Positions 13,980-26,060 of a DNA stretch of 64,000 nt are shown piece by piece. The notes under the pieces are model-generated. The model had not been told where the DNA came from, ran no database searches, and saw only the letters and a program-made list of their open reading frames with translations. The first letter of the stretch is position 1, and every line of letters begins with the position of its first letter. The translations under genes and the position numbers were made by a program. Source of the stretch: Octopus bimaculoides (lineage: Eukaryota); assembly GCF_001194135.2 (NCBI RefSeq), contig NC_068987.1, positions 1,086,437 through 1,150,436 on the forward strand, given 5' to 3'.

Positions 13980-14625
13980 NNNNNNNNNNNNNNNNNNNNN
14001 NNNNNNNNNNNNNNNNNNNNNNNNNNNNNNNNNNNNNNNNNNNNNNNNNNNNNNNNNNNNNNNNNNNNNNNNNNNNNNNNNNNNNNNNNNNNNNNNNNNN
14101 NNNNNNNNNNNNNNNNNNNNNNNNNNNNNNNNNNNNNNNNNNNNNNNNNNNNNNNNNNNNNNNNNNNNNNNNNNNNNNNNNNNNNNNNNNNNNNNNNNNN
14201 NNNNNNNNNNNNNNNNNNNNNNNNNNNNNNNNNNNNNNNNNNNNNNNNNNNNNNNNNNNNNNNNNNNNNNNNNNNNNNNNNNNNNNNNNNNNNNNNNNNN
14301 NNNNNNNNNNNNNNNNNNNNNNNNNNNNNNNNNNNNNNNNNNNNNNNNNNNNNNNNNNNNNNNNNNNNNNNNNNNNNNNNNNNNNNNNNNNNNNNNNNNN
14401 NNNNNNNNNNNNNNNNNNNNNNNNNNNNNNNNNNNNNNNNNNNNNNNNNNNNNNNNNNNNNNNNNNNNNNNNNNNNNNNNNNNNNNNNNNNNNNNNNNNN
14501 NNNNNNNNNNNNNNNNNNNNNNNNNNNNNNNNNNNNNNNNNNNNNNNNNNNNNNNNNNNNNNNNNNNNNNNNNNNNNNNNNNNNNNNNNNNNNNNNNNNN
14601 NNNNNNNNNNNNNNNNNNNNNNNNN

Positions 14626-14672
<47 letters not shown>

Positions 14673-14807
14673 GTATGCATGCATATATGTATGTGTATGC
14701 AGTTCTATGTGCGTATATGTGAGAGGATGTGTGTATTTTCAGTTGTTAAACAGTTCTGAATTAACTTCTAAGCTATTTTCGGAGATTGTTACACATGCGA
14801 AGTAAGT

Positions 14808-14844
14808 AATAATAATAGTATTAATAATAATAACTATAATGATG

Positions 14845-14931
<87 letters not shown>
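14808..14931. repeat. (AAT)n microsatellite
   Basis: Long near-perfect AAT run. Similar tracts occur at about 19395-19474 and 28037-28092. Confidence 0.95.
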
Positions 14932-14934
<3 letters not shown>

Positions 14935-15052
14935 TCAAAAATATTATTAAATATTTCTTTATATTTTGATATTTTGTACTATATATTAAACCATTTTCCG
15001 TTTGTACATATATATTTATGTGTGTATATGCTTGTGCGTGTGTGTATATGCT

Positions 15053-15088
<36 letters not shown>

Positions 15089-15509
15089 TGTCTGTGTGTC
15101 TGTGTGTGTCTGTGTGTATGTGTGCATGTGTGTGCTCGCGCGTTTGTGTCTGTGTGTGATATTTCCGCCATATTTTGCTGGTTTCATTGTAAAAGACTTC
15201 CAGATTTTACCTGGAAAGTAATCTTAGTAAAGGCGAACAAAAAAAGAAAAAGAAAAAAGAAAAAACAAATGAAAATAATATTAATATAAATCAACCTAAA
15301 ATTCATTTCGGAATGGAAACAAGGAAGCATTTCAGTAAATTATTAGTAACGTAGATGCTATACACACGCACATACTTAAATATAGACACATGCATATACA
15401 TACACATACATACATCCGCATACATCCACATATGCATGCATCTGCCCGTGCACACACAAATTCGTACATGGATCGATGTGTGATTGCATGCATCTATGTA
15501 TGAATATAT

Positions 15510-15558
<49 letters not shown>

Positions 15559-16440
15559 CATATATATAATATAAATACATGTAGGTATATATATACACAC
15601 GCATACACATCTATGTATGTATGTATATATATATACATAAATACATATATATATATATATGTATATATATACTCACACATACACACATATACATATGCGT
15701 TTTGTGAGTGAAGGTGCGTATTGATGTATGAGTTTGAACGTTTAAATATAGATATACATAATTTAAAAGAAACACACACACGTTTCCATACATAATGCAT
15801 GGATATAAATAACAACCTCAGCGACAACAACAGCAACAACGATAGCAACACGCACAACAGTTTATTTCTTGAGGGTAAAATCGGGTGAATTATGGCGGTA
15901 CATGTGTGGTTGTGTGTGTGTGTATGTGTTTGTATGTATGCATGTGTGTGTATATGTATTTGTGTTTGATTGTGTGTGTGTGTGTGTGTGTGTGTGTTTA
16001 TTGAGAGTACGTGTTGTTTTCTGTGTTGCGTACCAACATCTGTACTCTTGTGCAAATGTAGCCTCTCATATTCTGATAGTTTCCTCTTACACCAAAATAC
16101 GTCTGTAATATACTTTGGAACAATGTTGTGTACTTTCAATTTTATTTACTTTATTAAATATTTTAATGTCTATATTAAATGTTTTTAATTATCGATGAAC
16201 AATATTTTACTTTATGTCATATTAAATGTATCTCTCTCTTTTGTCTTTCTGTTTGTCCGTCTATTTCCTAAATCTCTTTTTGTGCATGTAATATTTATAT
16301 GTGTATATATACTATATATATATCTATATTGGATTGCATTGCATTGTCATTGCCTATGGTCAGACCACTGCAGAAGGAGGGTGTCAACATGTCTTCTCCA
16401 CCAATCGCGGGTTCGGTGTGCAGGCTGTGATTCTAGGCAG

Positions 16441-16596
16441 TGATCTGAATAATAATAATATTGATAATAACATGAGAACCCAGGTTCGAAATTTCCCCCA
16501 AGACACCTGATGAAAGCTGGAGAGTATATCAGCCGAAAAGTTGTGTTAACAACAAACAAGATGAGGACAAATATCTGTCAAATGTAAATAATGTAA
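16441..16596 (+). mobile_element. Penelope-like (pLTR-type) non-coding repeat fragment carrying a hammerhead motif
   Basis: Short (AAT)n lead-in, hammerhead motif at 16502-16547, and an aatgtaaataatgtaaa tail. The PLE assignment is inference. Confidence 0.55.
16502..16547 (+). ncRNA. Minimal type I hammerhead ribozyme motif (two point lesions)
   Basis: GACAC-CUGAUGA-A-A-GCUG-gagaguauau-CAGC-C-GAAA-AG-UU^GUGUU. Stem I has 5 bp (one G-U) and stem II has 4 bp plus an A.C mismatch at 10.1-11.1. Position 15.2 is A where C would be needed to pair with G16.2. Confidence 0.7.
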
Positions 16597-17354
16597 AGAT
16601 GAAAACAGTTATGCAGTGGGTAATTTGCATAATGTAAACAAAAATGAAATGATAAGTATCTAGCAATGGTGACCACTGACATGTATCTAAAATGACCTAG
16701 ACCCAGACAAATATAGGTATGTCAAATAGCATACAACATAAATTCCTCATCTCTATGTATGCTTATANNNNNNNNNNNNNNNNNNNNNNNNNNNNNNNNN
16801 NNNNNNNNNNNNNNNNNNNNNNNNNNNNNNNNNNNNNNNNNNNNNNNNNNNNNNNNNNNNNNNNNNNNNNNNNNNNNNNNNNNNNNNNNNNNNNNNNNNN
16901 NNNNNNNNNNNNNNNNNNNNNNNNNNNNNNNNNNNNNNNNNNNNNNNNNNNNNNNNNNNNNNNNNNNNNNNNNNNNNNNNNNNNNNNNNNNNNNNNNNNN
17001 NNNNNNNNNNNNNNNNNNNNNNNNNNNNNNNNNNNNNNNNNNNNNNNNNNNNNNNNNNNNNNNNNNNNNNNNNNNNNNNNNNNNNNNNNNNNNNNNNNNN
17101 NNNNNNNNNNNNNNNNNNNNNNNNNNNNNNNNNNNNNNNNNNNNNNNNNNNNNNNNNNNNNNNNNNNNNNNNNNNNNNNNNNNNNNNNNNNNNNNNNNNN
17201 NNNNNNNNNNNNNNNNNNNNNNNNNNNNNNNNNNNNNNNNNNNNNNNNNNNNNNNNNNNNNNNNNNNNNNNNNNNNNNNNNNNNNNNNNNNNNNNNNNNN
17301 NNNNNNNNNNNNNNNNNNNNNNNNNNNNNNNNNNNNNNNNNNNNNNNNNNNNNN

Positions 17355-17398
<44 letters not shown>

Positions 17399-18525
17399 AC
17401 ACACACAGACGCACACATAAATCGGTCTACCCACCTCCGTTCTACTTTCCTTACCTTCTAAAATATTCTCTTCTGCACTCAACCTTTAACAACACTTCGA
17501 GATTCCAATCAACTTTTATTTCTGATTCTTTTAATTTTCCACTCTACCGTGTAAATCATTTGTCCAGAATTAATGTATGTATCGATTGTATCGATTATTT
17601 GAAACGGACCACTTTCATATTGCTTCATATGGGGCAAGTTTACACATACTGAATGTGACAGTTTTGTAACGAATCGGGAATGCAATATTTTGCACCGCCT
17701 ATACTGATATGTCGAAATTTTACATTGAATTGGGACAATATATGTTGTATATACCAACACTAACGAACAGACCCAGTCTCTGACCCACAAACGAGTTCTC
17801 TCCTGTCTTTTCATTTCCTAACGCTATTAAAATGGCCTCTTCTCTTGGCATCGGACTGGACGCCGGTCACTTGCTTTCATCTTCTCTCTTTCTCTCATCT
17901 TTTTATTCTTTAACTCCGTAAACTCAGCAGCAACCCCTGCGTCCAGTCTGACCTTCCCAGAACCTCACCCTTCTGGAATCTCTCCACTTCGCTATCTTAC
18001 CTTATTCAAGTGTTCTCTTGCAATTATTCACGAGAAACACTTGCGGGATCAACCTGGAGGGTCACGGAGATCCATGTAGTGAGTGTTACCCTTTTCTACT
18101 GATAAAACTCAGATAACTAAAGAATCATATTCCAATCGGTGAGTGGAAAAAACTCAAAGAAATCTCATAATTTTGCTAAGGTGAAATGGTTAGAGGAAAA
18201 AAGTCATTTTTCATTAGAAAACCCATCAATGTTAGATAAATTAATTAGACAAATAATGTTTTAAGTCTTTAATTAAGTGACAATATATATCTTGTACATA
18301 ATGACAATATAATTTATAATGATATATGACGCATGTGATAACATGTTTTATTTTTGACATGATTCAAAATAACGAAAAAAAAAATAAAGACATTAAACCA
18401 GTCATTCATTCGAAGATCAGTGTTGCTCATCATACGATGAATGGCTTTGGAAATATAATTTTGCTACAATTATAATATACTAAACCAAACAAATTTGTCA
18501 ACTACATTGTCATTTACTCTATCTA

Positions 18526-18529
<4 letters not shown>

Positions 18530-18594
<65 letters not shown>

Positions 18595-18606
18595 CTCTCT
18601 CGCTCT
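18530..18606. repeat. (CT)n microsatellite
   Basis: Near-perfect CT run. Confidence 0.95.
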
Positions 18607-18620
18607 AATTTCACCGTAAA

Positions 18621-18895
18621 GGCGTTACTGTGTGGTAGGAAGTTTGCTTCCCAACCACATGGTTTCAGGTTCAGATCCATTGCGTGATACTTTGCTGGGC
18701 AAATGCTGTCTGCTATGGCTACGGGCAGGCGGAAGCCTTGGTAGACGGAAACTGGAGGAATACGGCCGTTTATGTGTGTGTGTGTGTGTGCATTGTGGTT
18801 GTTCACATCCTCCTCTTGAAAATGGTTGTTGGTCTGTGTACGTCCCCATGACTTAGAGGTTCGATATGAAACCGATAAAATTAATACCGGTCTTT
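18621..18895 (+). mobile_element. tRNA-derived SINE family C, degenerate full-length-like copy with internal (GT)n
   Basis: Head tactgtgtggtaggaagtttgcttcccaaccacatggtttcaggttcag aligns to 34132-34185. After the internal (GT)n, acgtccccatgacttagaggttcg aligns to the reverse complement of 33861-34030. Confidence 0.8.
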
Positions 18896-19395
18896 TAAAA
18901 GTCATTCTTAAAACCTTCACTTGTGTTATTCTCATTCTCGTTTCTGCTGTATGTGATGCAATTATTCATCGAGAAAGTAATGTCGTTAGATGAGATCTGA
19001 CTTGAAGACTACAATGGTGACTCCATATCCCAGGTTTGGAAAGATATCTAGACCAGCGCATGTGTGCGTGTATGTGTTTGCATGTGTATATATGCCTGTG
19101 TGTTTGTGTGTGTGTTTAGGTGTGTTTGTGTGCGTCTCCATTTGTGTGTGTGTACTGTAAGACTTTTCGGTGACTTCTTGCAGGATTCTCCTTTTAGCCA
19201 ATTTTAAAAATGTCTATCTCGACCGTATCTGGTTGCAATCTTCCAACCCAGATTTCTGCAACAAGGTTCACGTCGTGACCTTCATCACTTAATTTATAGT
19301 ATTTAACATTAAAAAATGACAATTTTATCACCTACAACTATCCGTCTTGTCTTACGTCTCTGTCGATAACCTTAAAGATCTTGTGACAAAAACTA

Positions 19396-19478
<83 letters not shown>

Positions 19479-19893
19479 TCTATTTATCATTTCAGTTATG
19501 TTAAAGTGATTATTGTTGTTGCTAACCCTTACCCCGTTCCGTCGGTGCAGGCACTTAAGGGATTTCTAGTCTATGTGTAGGGTTATCTATCACAATATCA
19601 TATGATACGGTCTTCGTTTTCGATAGTACAGGATATCAGTTTTAACTGCTGGTTTTATAAATCGCCACCACACCCACCGCCGTCACCACGGTCACCCACC
19701 ACCCACCGTCGTCGTTGTCGTGGTCGGTAATAAGGCTTGAATCGAACCCTTTTGTGTGAAGAAGTTAAAAGATGGAAAGAAAAATATTTTTTTTAAATGG
19801 CATAATCCTACAAATCCCTAAAAGGACAGGTTGCTCACGGTTGGAATGGCTTTACACATAATTTTACTGGATCAGAGCAAAACAACAAGATTA

Positions 19894-20113
19894 TCATTAT
19901 CATCATCATTGTCATCATCATCATCATTATCATCACACGTATCATCATCATCACCATCGCAACTGCCATCGTCGTCACCATGATCATCATCTTTATGCTC
20001 ATCATCACAAACAGTAGCAGCAACATCATCATCATCATCATCATCGTCATCATCATCGTCATCATCGTCATCATCATCACGAGCAGCAGCAGCAGTAGCG
20101 ATAGCTGCAGCAT
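19894..20113. repeat. Compound (CAT/CGT/CAG)n triplet microsatellite
   Basis: Seen directly. Comparable compound arrays occur at 27477-27610, 46040-46220 and 62570-62930. Confidence 0.9.
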
Positions 20114-20279
20114 AATTAAGACATATTAATGTTTCAAGGAAGAAACGATGAAAAATATTAAAAATAACTGAAAATTATTTCCTAAATTAGTTGAAAAAAA
20201 AAAAAAAAAAGAATGAGTGTTGAACTTTGGTGTTCAAATTACTAAAGTGGCTAATTGTCTCTCCAGCAGTGACACATTA

Positions 20280-20564
20280 GAAAAGAGAGAGAGAGAGGGA
20301 GGAGAGAGAGAGGGGAAGAGAGAGGGGGAGAGAGAAAGGAGAGGGAGGGAGAATAATGGTGACAGAATAGGGATAGGGGGTATCTGAGGGAGAGTATGTA
20401 CAGGCGTGTATGTGTTTTATATGAGTCATGTACATACAAGTATATGTGACAGACAGACAGATAGATAGTAATACAAGTGTTTGAGTGAGAGATTATGAGA
20501 GCGAGATACGTAAAGAAGAAGAAAAGTGAGACAGAGAGATTGAAGAAGTGATGAAAGAAATGTG

Positions 20565-20613
<49 letters not shown>

Positions 20614-22410
20614 AGAGGAGAAAACGTAAGATGTCATGAGAGTGGTGTGAGTTAATAATGAGAGAGGGGGAGGAAGAGAGAGAGATTGATTGGAATGATT
20701 TCAATCTTCAGATGTTTTCTTCCTCAAACCGCCACCCCTATCAGCATATGCGATCTTCCTCCTCCTTCTGCTAGCCACGTGACGCAGTCAACGAAGCGTG
20801 ACTTCATTAGTTCAACCAAGCCCGAGGTCGGGGTGTGTGATGTTCACTGAAGCGAGACAAACTGGACAGAAACAAAATAACGAAACACTGAACAAAAATA
20901 TGCGAGTCAAAGAGAAACAATTGTTGTGTAGGAGGTAGTATAGGGTTGGTGGTAGATCAGTGGTGACGGTGTGAGGGGTGTTGTAGTGGTGGTGTCCTAG
21001 TAGTAATGTTGTGGTGACGGCCGTGTTGGAGAGGGTAGCCGTGGTGGTGGTCGTGGTGCTGTTTTCATTGTGGTAGTGCTGGTAGTGGTATGAGGAAGAG
21101 GGAGAGTTAGTAGAGAGGTGGGAAGAAAGAGAAAGATGAGAAAGTATGAAAGAGAAGGCGATGAGAGAGGGGGCAGTAGCGGAGAGAGAGGGGGGAGGAG
21201 GAGAGGCTAACTGAATGTGAGAGGGAGGAGAGATTGGTGAGAAGAGAGACAGAAAGATATAGAGAGGAGAGGCAAATAGACAGATAATCAAAGAGAGAGA
21301 GAGAGAGAAATGAGGTGGAGGCAGGGAGGTAATGGGGTTGGCACGGTTGGATTGGAGATTTCAGTTTTAATCTCAAAATTACTGAAGAATTTCTTTTAAT
21401 AGTTTGGTGATAATAATGTAATAGCTTTATTGTTGTTGTTGTTGTTGAATCTTATATGTCGTTATTATTGTTAATGTTGTGCTTATTGTTGTTGCGGTCG
21501 TTGTTATTGTTTAGTGTTTATCTTTATTGTTGTTGCTGTTGTCATTATTCGTGCTTTTCGTTCTTGGCATTATTATTATTTTCATCATCATCATCATCAT
21601 CATCATCAACATCATCATCATCATCATCATCNNNNNNNNNNNNNNNNNNNNNNNNNNNNNNNNNNNNNNNNNNNNNNNNNNNNNNNNNNNNNNNNNNNNN
21701 NNNNNNNNNNNNNNNNNNNNNNNNNNNNNNNNNNNNNNNNNNNNNNNNNNNNNNNNNNNNNNNNNNNNNNNNNNNNNNNNNNNNNNNNNNNNNNNNNNNN
21801 NNNNNNNNNNNNNNNNNNNNNNNNNNNNNNNNNNNNNNNNNNNNNNNNNNNNNNNNNNNNNNNNNNNNNNNNNNNNNNNNNNNNNNNNNNNNNNNNNNNN
21901 NNNNNNNNNNNNNNNNNNNNNNNNNNNNNNNNNNNNNNNNNNNNNNNNNNNNNNNNNNNNNNNNNNNNNNNNNNNNNNNNNNNNNNNNNNNNNNNNNNNN
22001 NNNNNNNNNNNNNNNNNNNACTCCGTCCCCCGCCCCCGGCCCCGTCTCTTTCTCTATCTCCACTCGTAATCTCCCGCTCGCCATATTCTCTCACTCCACT
22101 TACTTTTTTCATATCATCGTTTCAATTTGTAACAAAACGCCAGCAATAAATAGTTTGTAATTTTTCTTCTTAAGATAACACTTCGCTTTATTGATTTATC
22201 AAATATTAATCAATAAGATCGATATTTCTCATTTCTTTATAGCTCCTTCAACTCTCTTTCTCTCCGCCTCTCCTTCTTACTCTCTCTCTCTTCCATCTCT
22301 CATTCTTCACGTTTCGATTCACAAAATTTCTTCATTCTTCTCTCAGTTCTCATTGTCTCTCTCTCCCTCCTTTTCTCTTTCCCCTCCCTAACCCCCCTTC
22401 GCCCCCCTAC
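20280..22410. repeat. Polypurine/polypyrimidine low-complexity zone ((GA)n, (GTG)n, (CAT)n, CT-rich blocks)
   Basis: GA-rich blocks at 20280-20700 and 21100-21330 and a CT-rich block at 22020-22410. Similar blocks occur at 28600-29160 and 31720-31960. Confidence 0.85.
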
Positions 22411-22515
22411 TTCTGCTTTCACTAATATTTCCAAACAATCTAACTTTCATTAAGGTGTTAAGATTGACAAAAAGGTCTTTTGGCGAATCGCTAAACGATT
22501 CCATCATATTTCAAG

Positions 22516-22596
22516 TGACCTCTTGACATGAAGCAGAGGTCAAAAAATTACCCTGGAATAATGTGACAAATTCTTTAGAATGATGACCTTTGACAC
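22516..22596. promoter_or_regulatory. Cluster of nuclear-receptor half-sites, including a DR1-like element
   Basis: TGACCTCT (22516-22523) and AGAGGTCA (22535-22542) form an everted pair. TGACCT-T-TGACAC (22584-22596) resembles DR1. Function is untested. Confidence 0.3.
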
Positions 22597-23149
22597 AGCA
22601 AATAGTTTTTGTAGTTAGTATGTTTGTGTGGGGGGAGCTTCTTTTTTTTTGTTTTTGTTCATGATTTTTTAGTTCAAAAAATGAACTGGAAGTAATTGGT
22701 AGAGAGAGAGGGGGGGGATTTACTAGAATTCTTCAACTATTCATTTGGCATCGCATTCTTCGTTCTTTGTTTTATTCTCTATATCATCCACTTTCTCATA
22801 GACAGAGCTAGACACATCAACTGTGAGGCATATGTATGTATGTGTATGTATGTATGTATGTATGTATGTATGTGTGTATATATATATATATATGTGTGTA
22901 TAAATAAACATATATGTATGTGTTTATATATGTGTGTGCATATGTATATATATGTATGGATGAGTATATATATATATGTGTGTGTTTATGAGTATGTATA
23001 TCTGTGTGTACAAATGTGTGTGTGTGTGTGTGTTTGTGTGTGTGAACCATCACATTGAACACGTTCGTGTACCTTGGACGTGGGAAAGCCTTTCAATGCA
23101 GAAGTAATGTGACTGTCTCGGGAGAAAATTCTCCTAACAATATATGCGA

Positions 23150-23545
23150 AGCGATCCGATCAGGCTACAAATGACGTCATCGGATCGTAGGACGCCGGCG
23201 CTTTATGCACCACTACGCTTCATCGGCTACGAACACAAAACCCATCGTTTATAGCGCACCACAAATGATTGTTCATATAATATTTAAACAGCAAATAGTA
23301 TGTTGACTTATGTGCGCCAAGTTTTGCGAAGTTAGACTTAATTAATAAAAGGTAAATAAAGAAAGCAACAGCGACCGAATTATAGGTGTATACAATTATG
23401 TTTAACACGCTCATTTAAATTTGGGAGAGAGAATATTCTATTCACATATCGGAAGTGACGATATCCCCTGTGACCATGCGCCAATAGAAAAGATTCAAAA
23501 AGGCCGAAAGGTACAGGGCGTTTTCGTTGGCCGCCGCTGGGACGA
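23150..23545. promoter_or_regulatory. CpG-rich promoter/enhancer-like segment: palindromic CRE, ETS-CRE composite, CCAAT
   Basis: ATGACGTCAT (23171-23180), CGGAAGTGACG (23450-23460), CCAAT (23481-23485) and gccgccgc (about 23530) lie in unique sequence that looks visibly richer in CpG. Confidence 0.35.
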
Positions 23546-23602
23546 ATTTATGACTCTCTCTGATGTTTATATTTTTACACATATTTATTTATTTATTTAT
23601 AT

Positions 23603-23685
<83 letters not shown>

Positions 23686-25162
23686 TATATTTATACATAT
23701 ACATATACATATACAAACACACGCATATACACATGCACACACACCTCAGTGTTTGCACTCTTAGCCTCCAGTCATTATATCGGGTTATTATCTCGACTAT
23801 GTCTATGCTAACAAAGGAATGTATTATTTACCCGTTGATATTACAGTTGCAAACGCCATGTCGGTATTCCTCTGTTGTTTGCGCTTGTTTCAAACGGTTC
23901 TTAATATGTTTCGTCCAGAAAATAGAAATAGAATCGCTACGAATATTAAATTTTGTCGGACCAATAACTTGAAATGGGACCGCCCGAAATTTAAAGATTA
24001 TCGTGAGAAGCCCTATTGGCACACCGGATAAAATAGCTTTGGTGATATGTGAGACGATATTTCTCTTTACTCATCTCTTGCCTTATATTCCTACGTGGAC
24101 CAGATATAAATTGTGAAAGAATCCTTTGAAGGATAACCAGCGATTCTTGTTTCATGGTATGTATATGTATGTATACGTATGTATATGTATGTAAACGTAT
24201 GTATGATAGGGTTTTTGTGGTGTAGATTGCACGAAGAATTTTCAATTTTTAGGAATGATATTTGGATTATGATTATCAAAAATGATTTAATTTTATTAGT
24301 ATAAAGAGTCTGCTTGTTTTCCAAACAATTAGTTTATATATTACGTTTAAATAAAATATTATATAATTTGGTGCATGGGCATTGTTTGTCAATATTTTTT
24401 TTTACAAAACTTTGGCGATGACGGTGAATGATAATAACGCTCTGTATTTTGACCTCTCAGATCTATAAAGTTATTTGTATCGATGGACAGACTTTGTATT
24501 TTATTTGTTTTTATTTTACTAACATGAGGAATAAGCTGTCCGTAAAATCCATGTGAGATATGATTTTGTTTTCGTTGTTTAGTCTATTATGCTCCAGGCT
24601 ATAGGGACGTTTTCAACTGAAGGGTTGTGGAGTTGAAAACGCACCTATAGCATGGAGCATAATATACATTGCATCCCCGCACCACCAATGGAACTAAAAG
24701 ATGTACACTGCACTTTGCAGAGAAGTTGTACATACTGTCTGAAGAATGAACGTCATAAAAAGGAAGAGATGAAATGTTATGCATTAAACAAGTTCGGTTC
24801 TCACGAGACTTCGTTTACATCCACGAATAACCCTTTGTCCGTTGGAGAAATGTGAGATAAGAAATAAATGTTTATTAACTTCTGTTTACACCAAAAGCAG
24901 AACATGGCTCTGAAGCTTACCACATGACCTTTTATCAACTAAAGAGATGGGGTGGGGGGCGTGTATCAGCTGTAGCCGTCATCTTGTTGGCTGATTCCCT
25001 CGGTAGTAGTAGATGGATCGTTGATTTTGCAATGTGTGTGTGTGTATGAGAGAGAGAGAGACAGAATGAGAGAGAGTGTATGTGCATGTGCGAGTAGGCG
25101 CATGCATAGCTAGATAGACAGATAGATAGAGAAAGAGAGAGACAGATATATATATATATGTG

Positions 25163-25290
25163 GGGAGAATTCACAAAAAAAAGACGAAGACAGGTGTAGA
25201 AAACAAACATGTATTAGTATAACGCTCGGGAATTGAAAAAAGTCTTTAACGTTTCGAGCCTACGCTCTTCCACAGAAAGGTAGACAGAAT
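25163..25290 (-). mobile_element. Penelope-like (pLTR-type) non-coding repeat fragment carrying a hammerhead motif
   Basis: Hammerhead motif at 25244-25279, 3' flank motif shared with 11655-11870, and the fragment ends next to a (TA)n/(GA)n tract. Confidence 0.55.
25244..25279 (-). ncRNA. Minimal type I hammerhead ribozyme motif (core variant CUGUGGA)
   Basis: Minus strand: CUUU-CUGUGGA-A-GAGC-guag-GCUC-GAAA-CG-UU^AAAG. Stems I, II and the ACGU stem III are perfect, but A6 is replaced by U. Confidence 0.65.
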
Positions 25291-25689
25291 GATAGATAGA
25301 TAGATAGATAGATTCTACACCGTCCTTGGCAAAGAAGTATGAGTTGAGATTGTATAACATCCTTTTGCTAATTGTTTTAGATGTCTTCATAATCGTGAGC
25401 AGACACAGAGATACTTTCTCTCTTTTTACTTTTGATCCAGTGGAACCTCAAAGATCTAACAAGGGAATTTTTTTCGTATATCCAGATTTATTCGAAATAT
25501 CATAATTGTATGTAGGTGTGACTGTGTGTGGGTATGTATACATATATGTGCATATATGAATTGGTGTATGTATATGTGTATGTATGTATGTTTGTATGCT
25601 TATGTGTATGTATGTTTGTATGTGTATATATATATGGATAAAGGTACGCAGATAATTTGGTCCGTAGGTATTTGGTCCGTAGGTATTGC

Positions 25690-26060
25690 TTTGCCATACT
25701 TCAAAAGATTTCTGCGATGCTGCTTTGCTTCCTCAATACAGATCTAATGACCAAGGTCTCAGACACCCTTCCTGTCGTCTGTCTATACAACAATAACCAT
25801 ATTGTAAGTTTAACAAGATATGACATTCATTCCGTTACTACTTTACCCATATTTCATCACAGTTTGTGCTGTTTATTTACTGACCAGATTCTTCTGTAAA
25901 TTGTCTCCATCAATATCATTGAAAAGAGCTTCAGATAGCATGGATTTTCACATTGCCACATCCAGTTTGATACAAACTGGATATATAAGCCTTAGAACAC
26001 TCCTACGTGCTTATAATTTCTTATGATGTCAACTATTTTAATCTACCGCTTATAGTTCGT
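25690..26060 (-). mobile_element. Possible heavily decayed CR1/L2-type RT fragment
   Basis: Vestiges appear in the expected order and roughly the expected spacing: GVF*G (GVPQG-like), NDIDGDNLQKNL (D..LQ.DL-like) and DLG. Many stops and frameshifts, and no clean FADD motif. Confidence 0.3.

Noticed and set aside
22295-22335. GAAACGUG with an upstream AUGAAGA on the minus strand as a fourth hammerhead
   Set aside because: It lacks C3, the cleavage triplet is not NUH, and there is no stem I.
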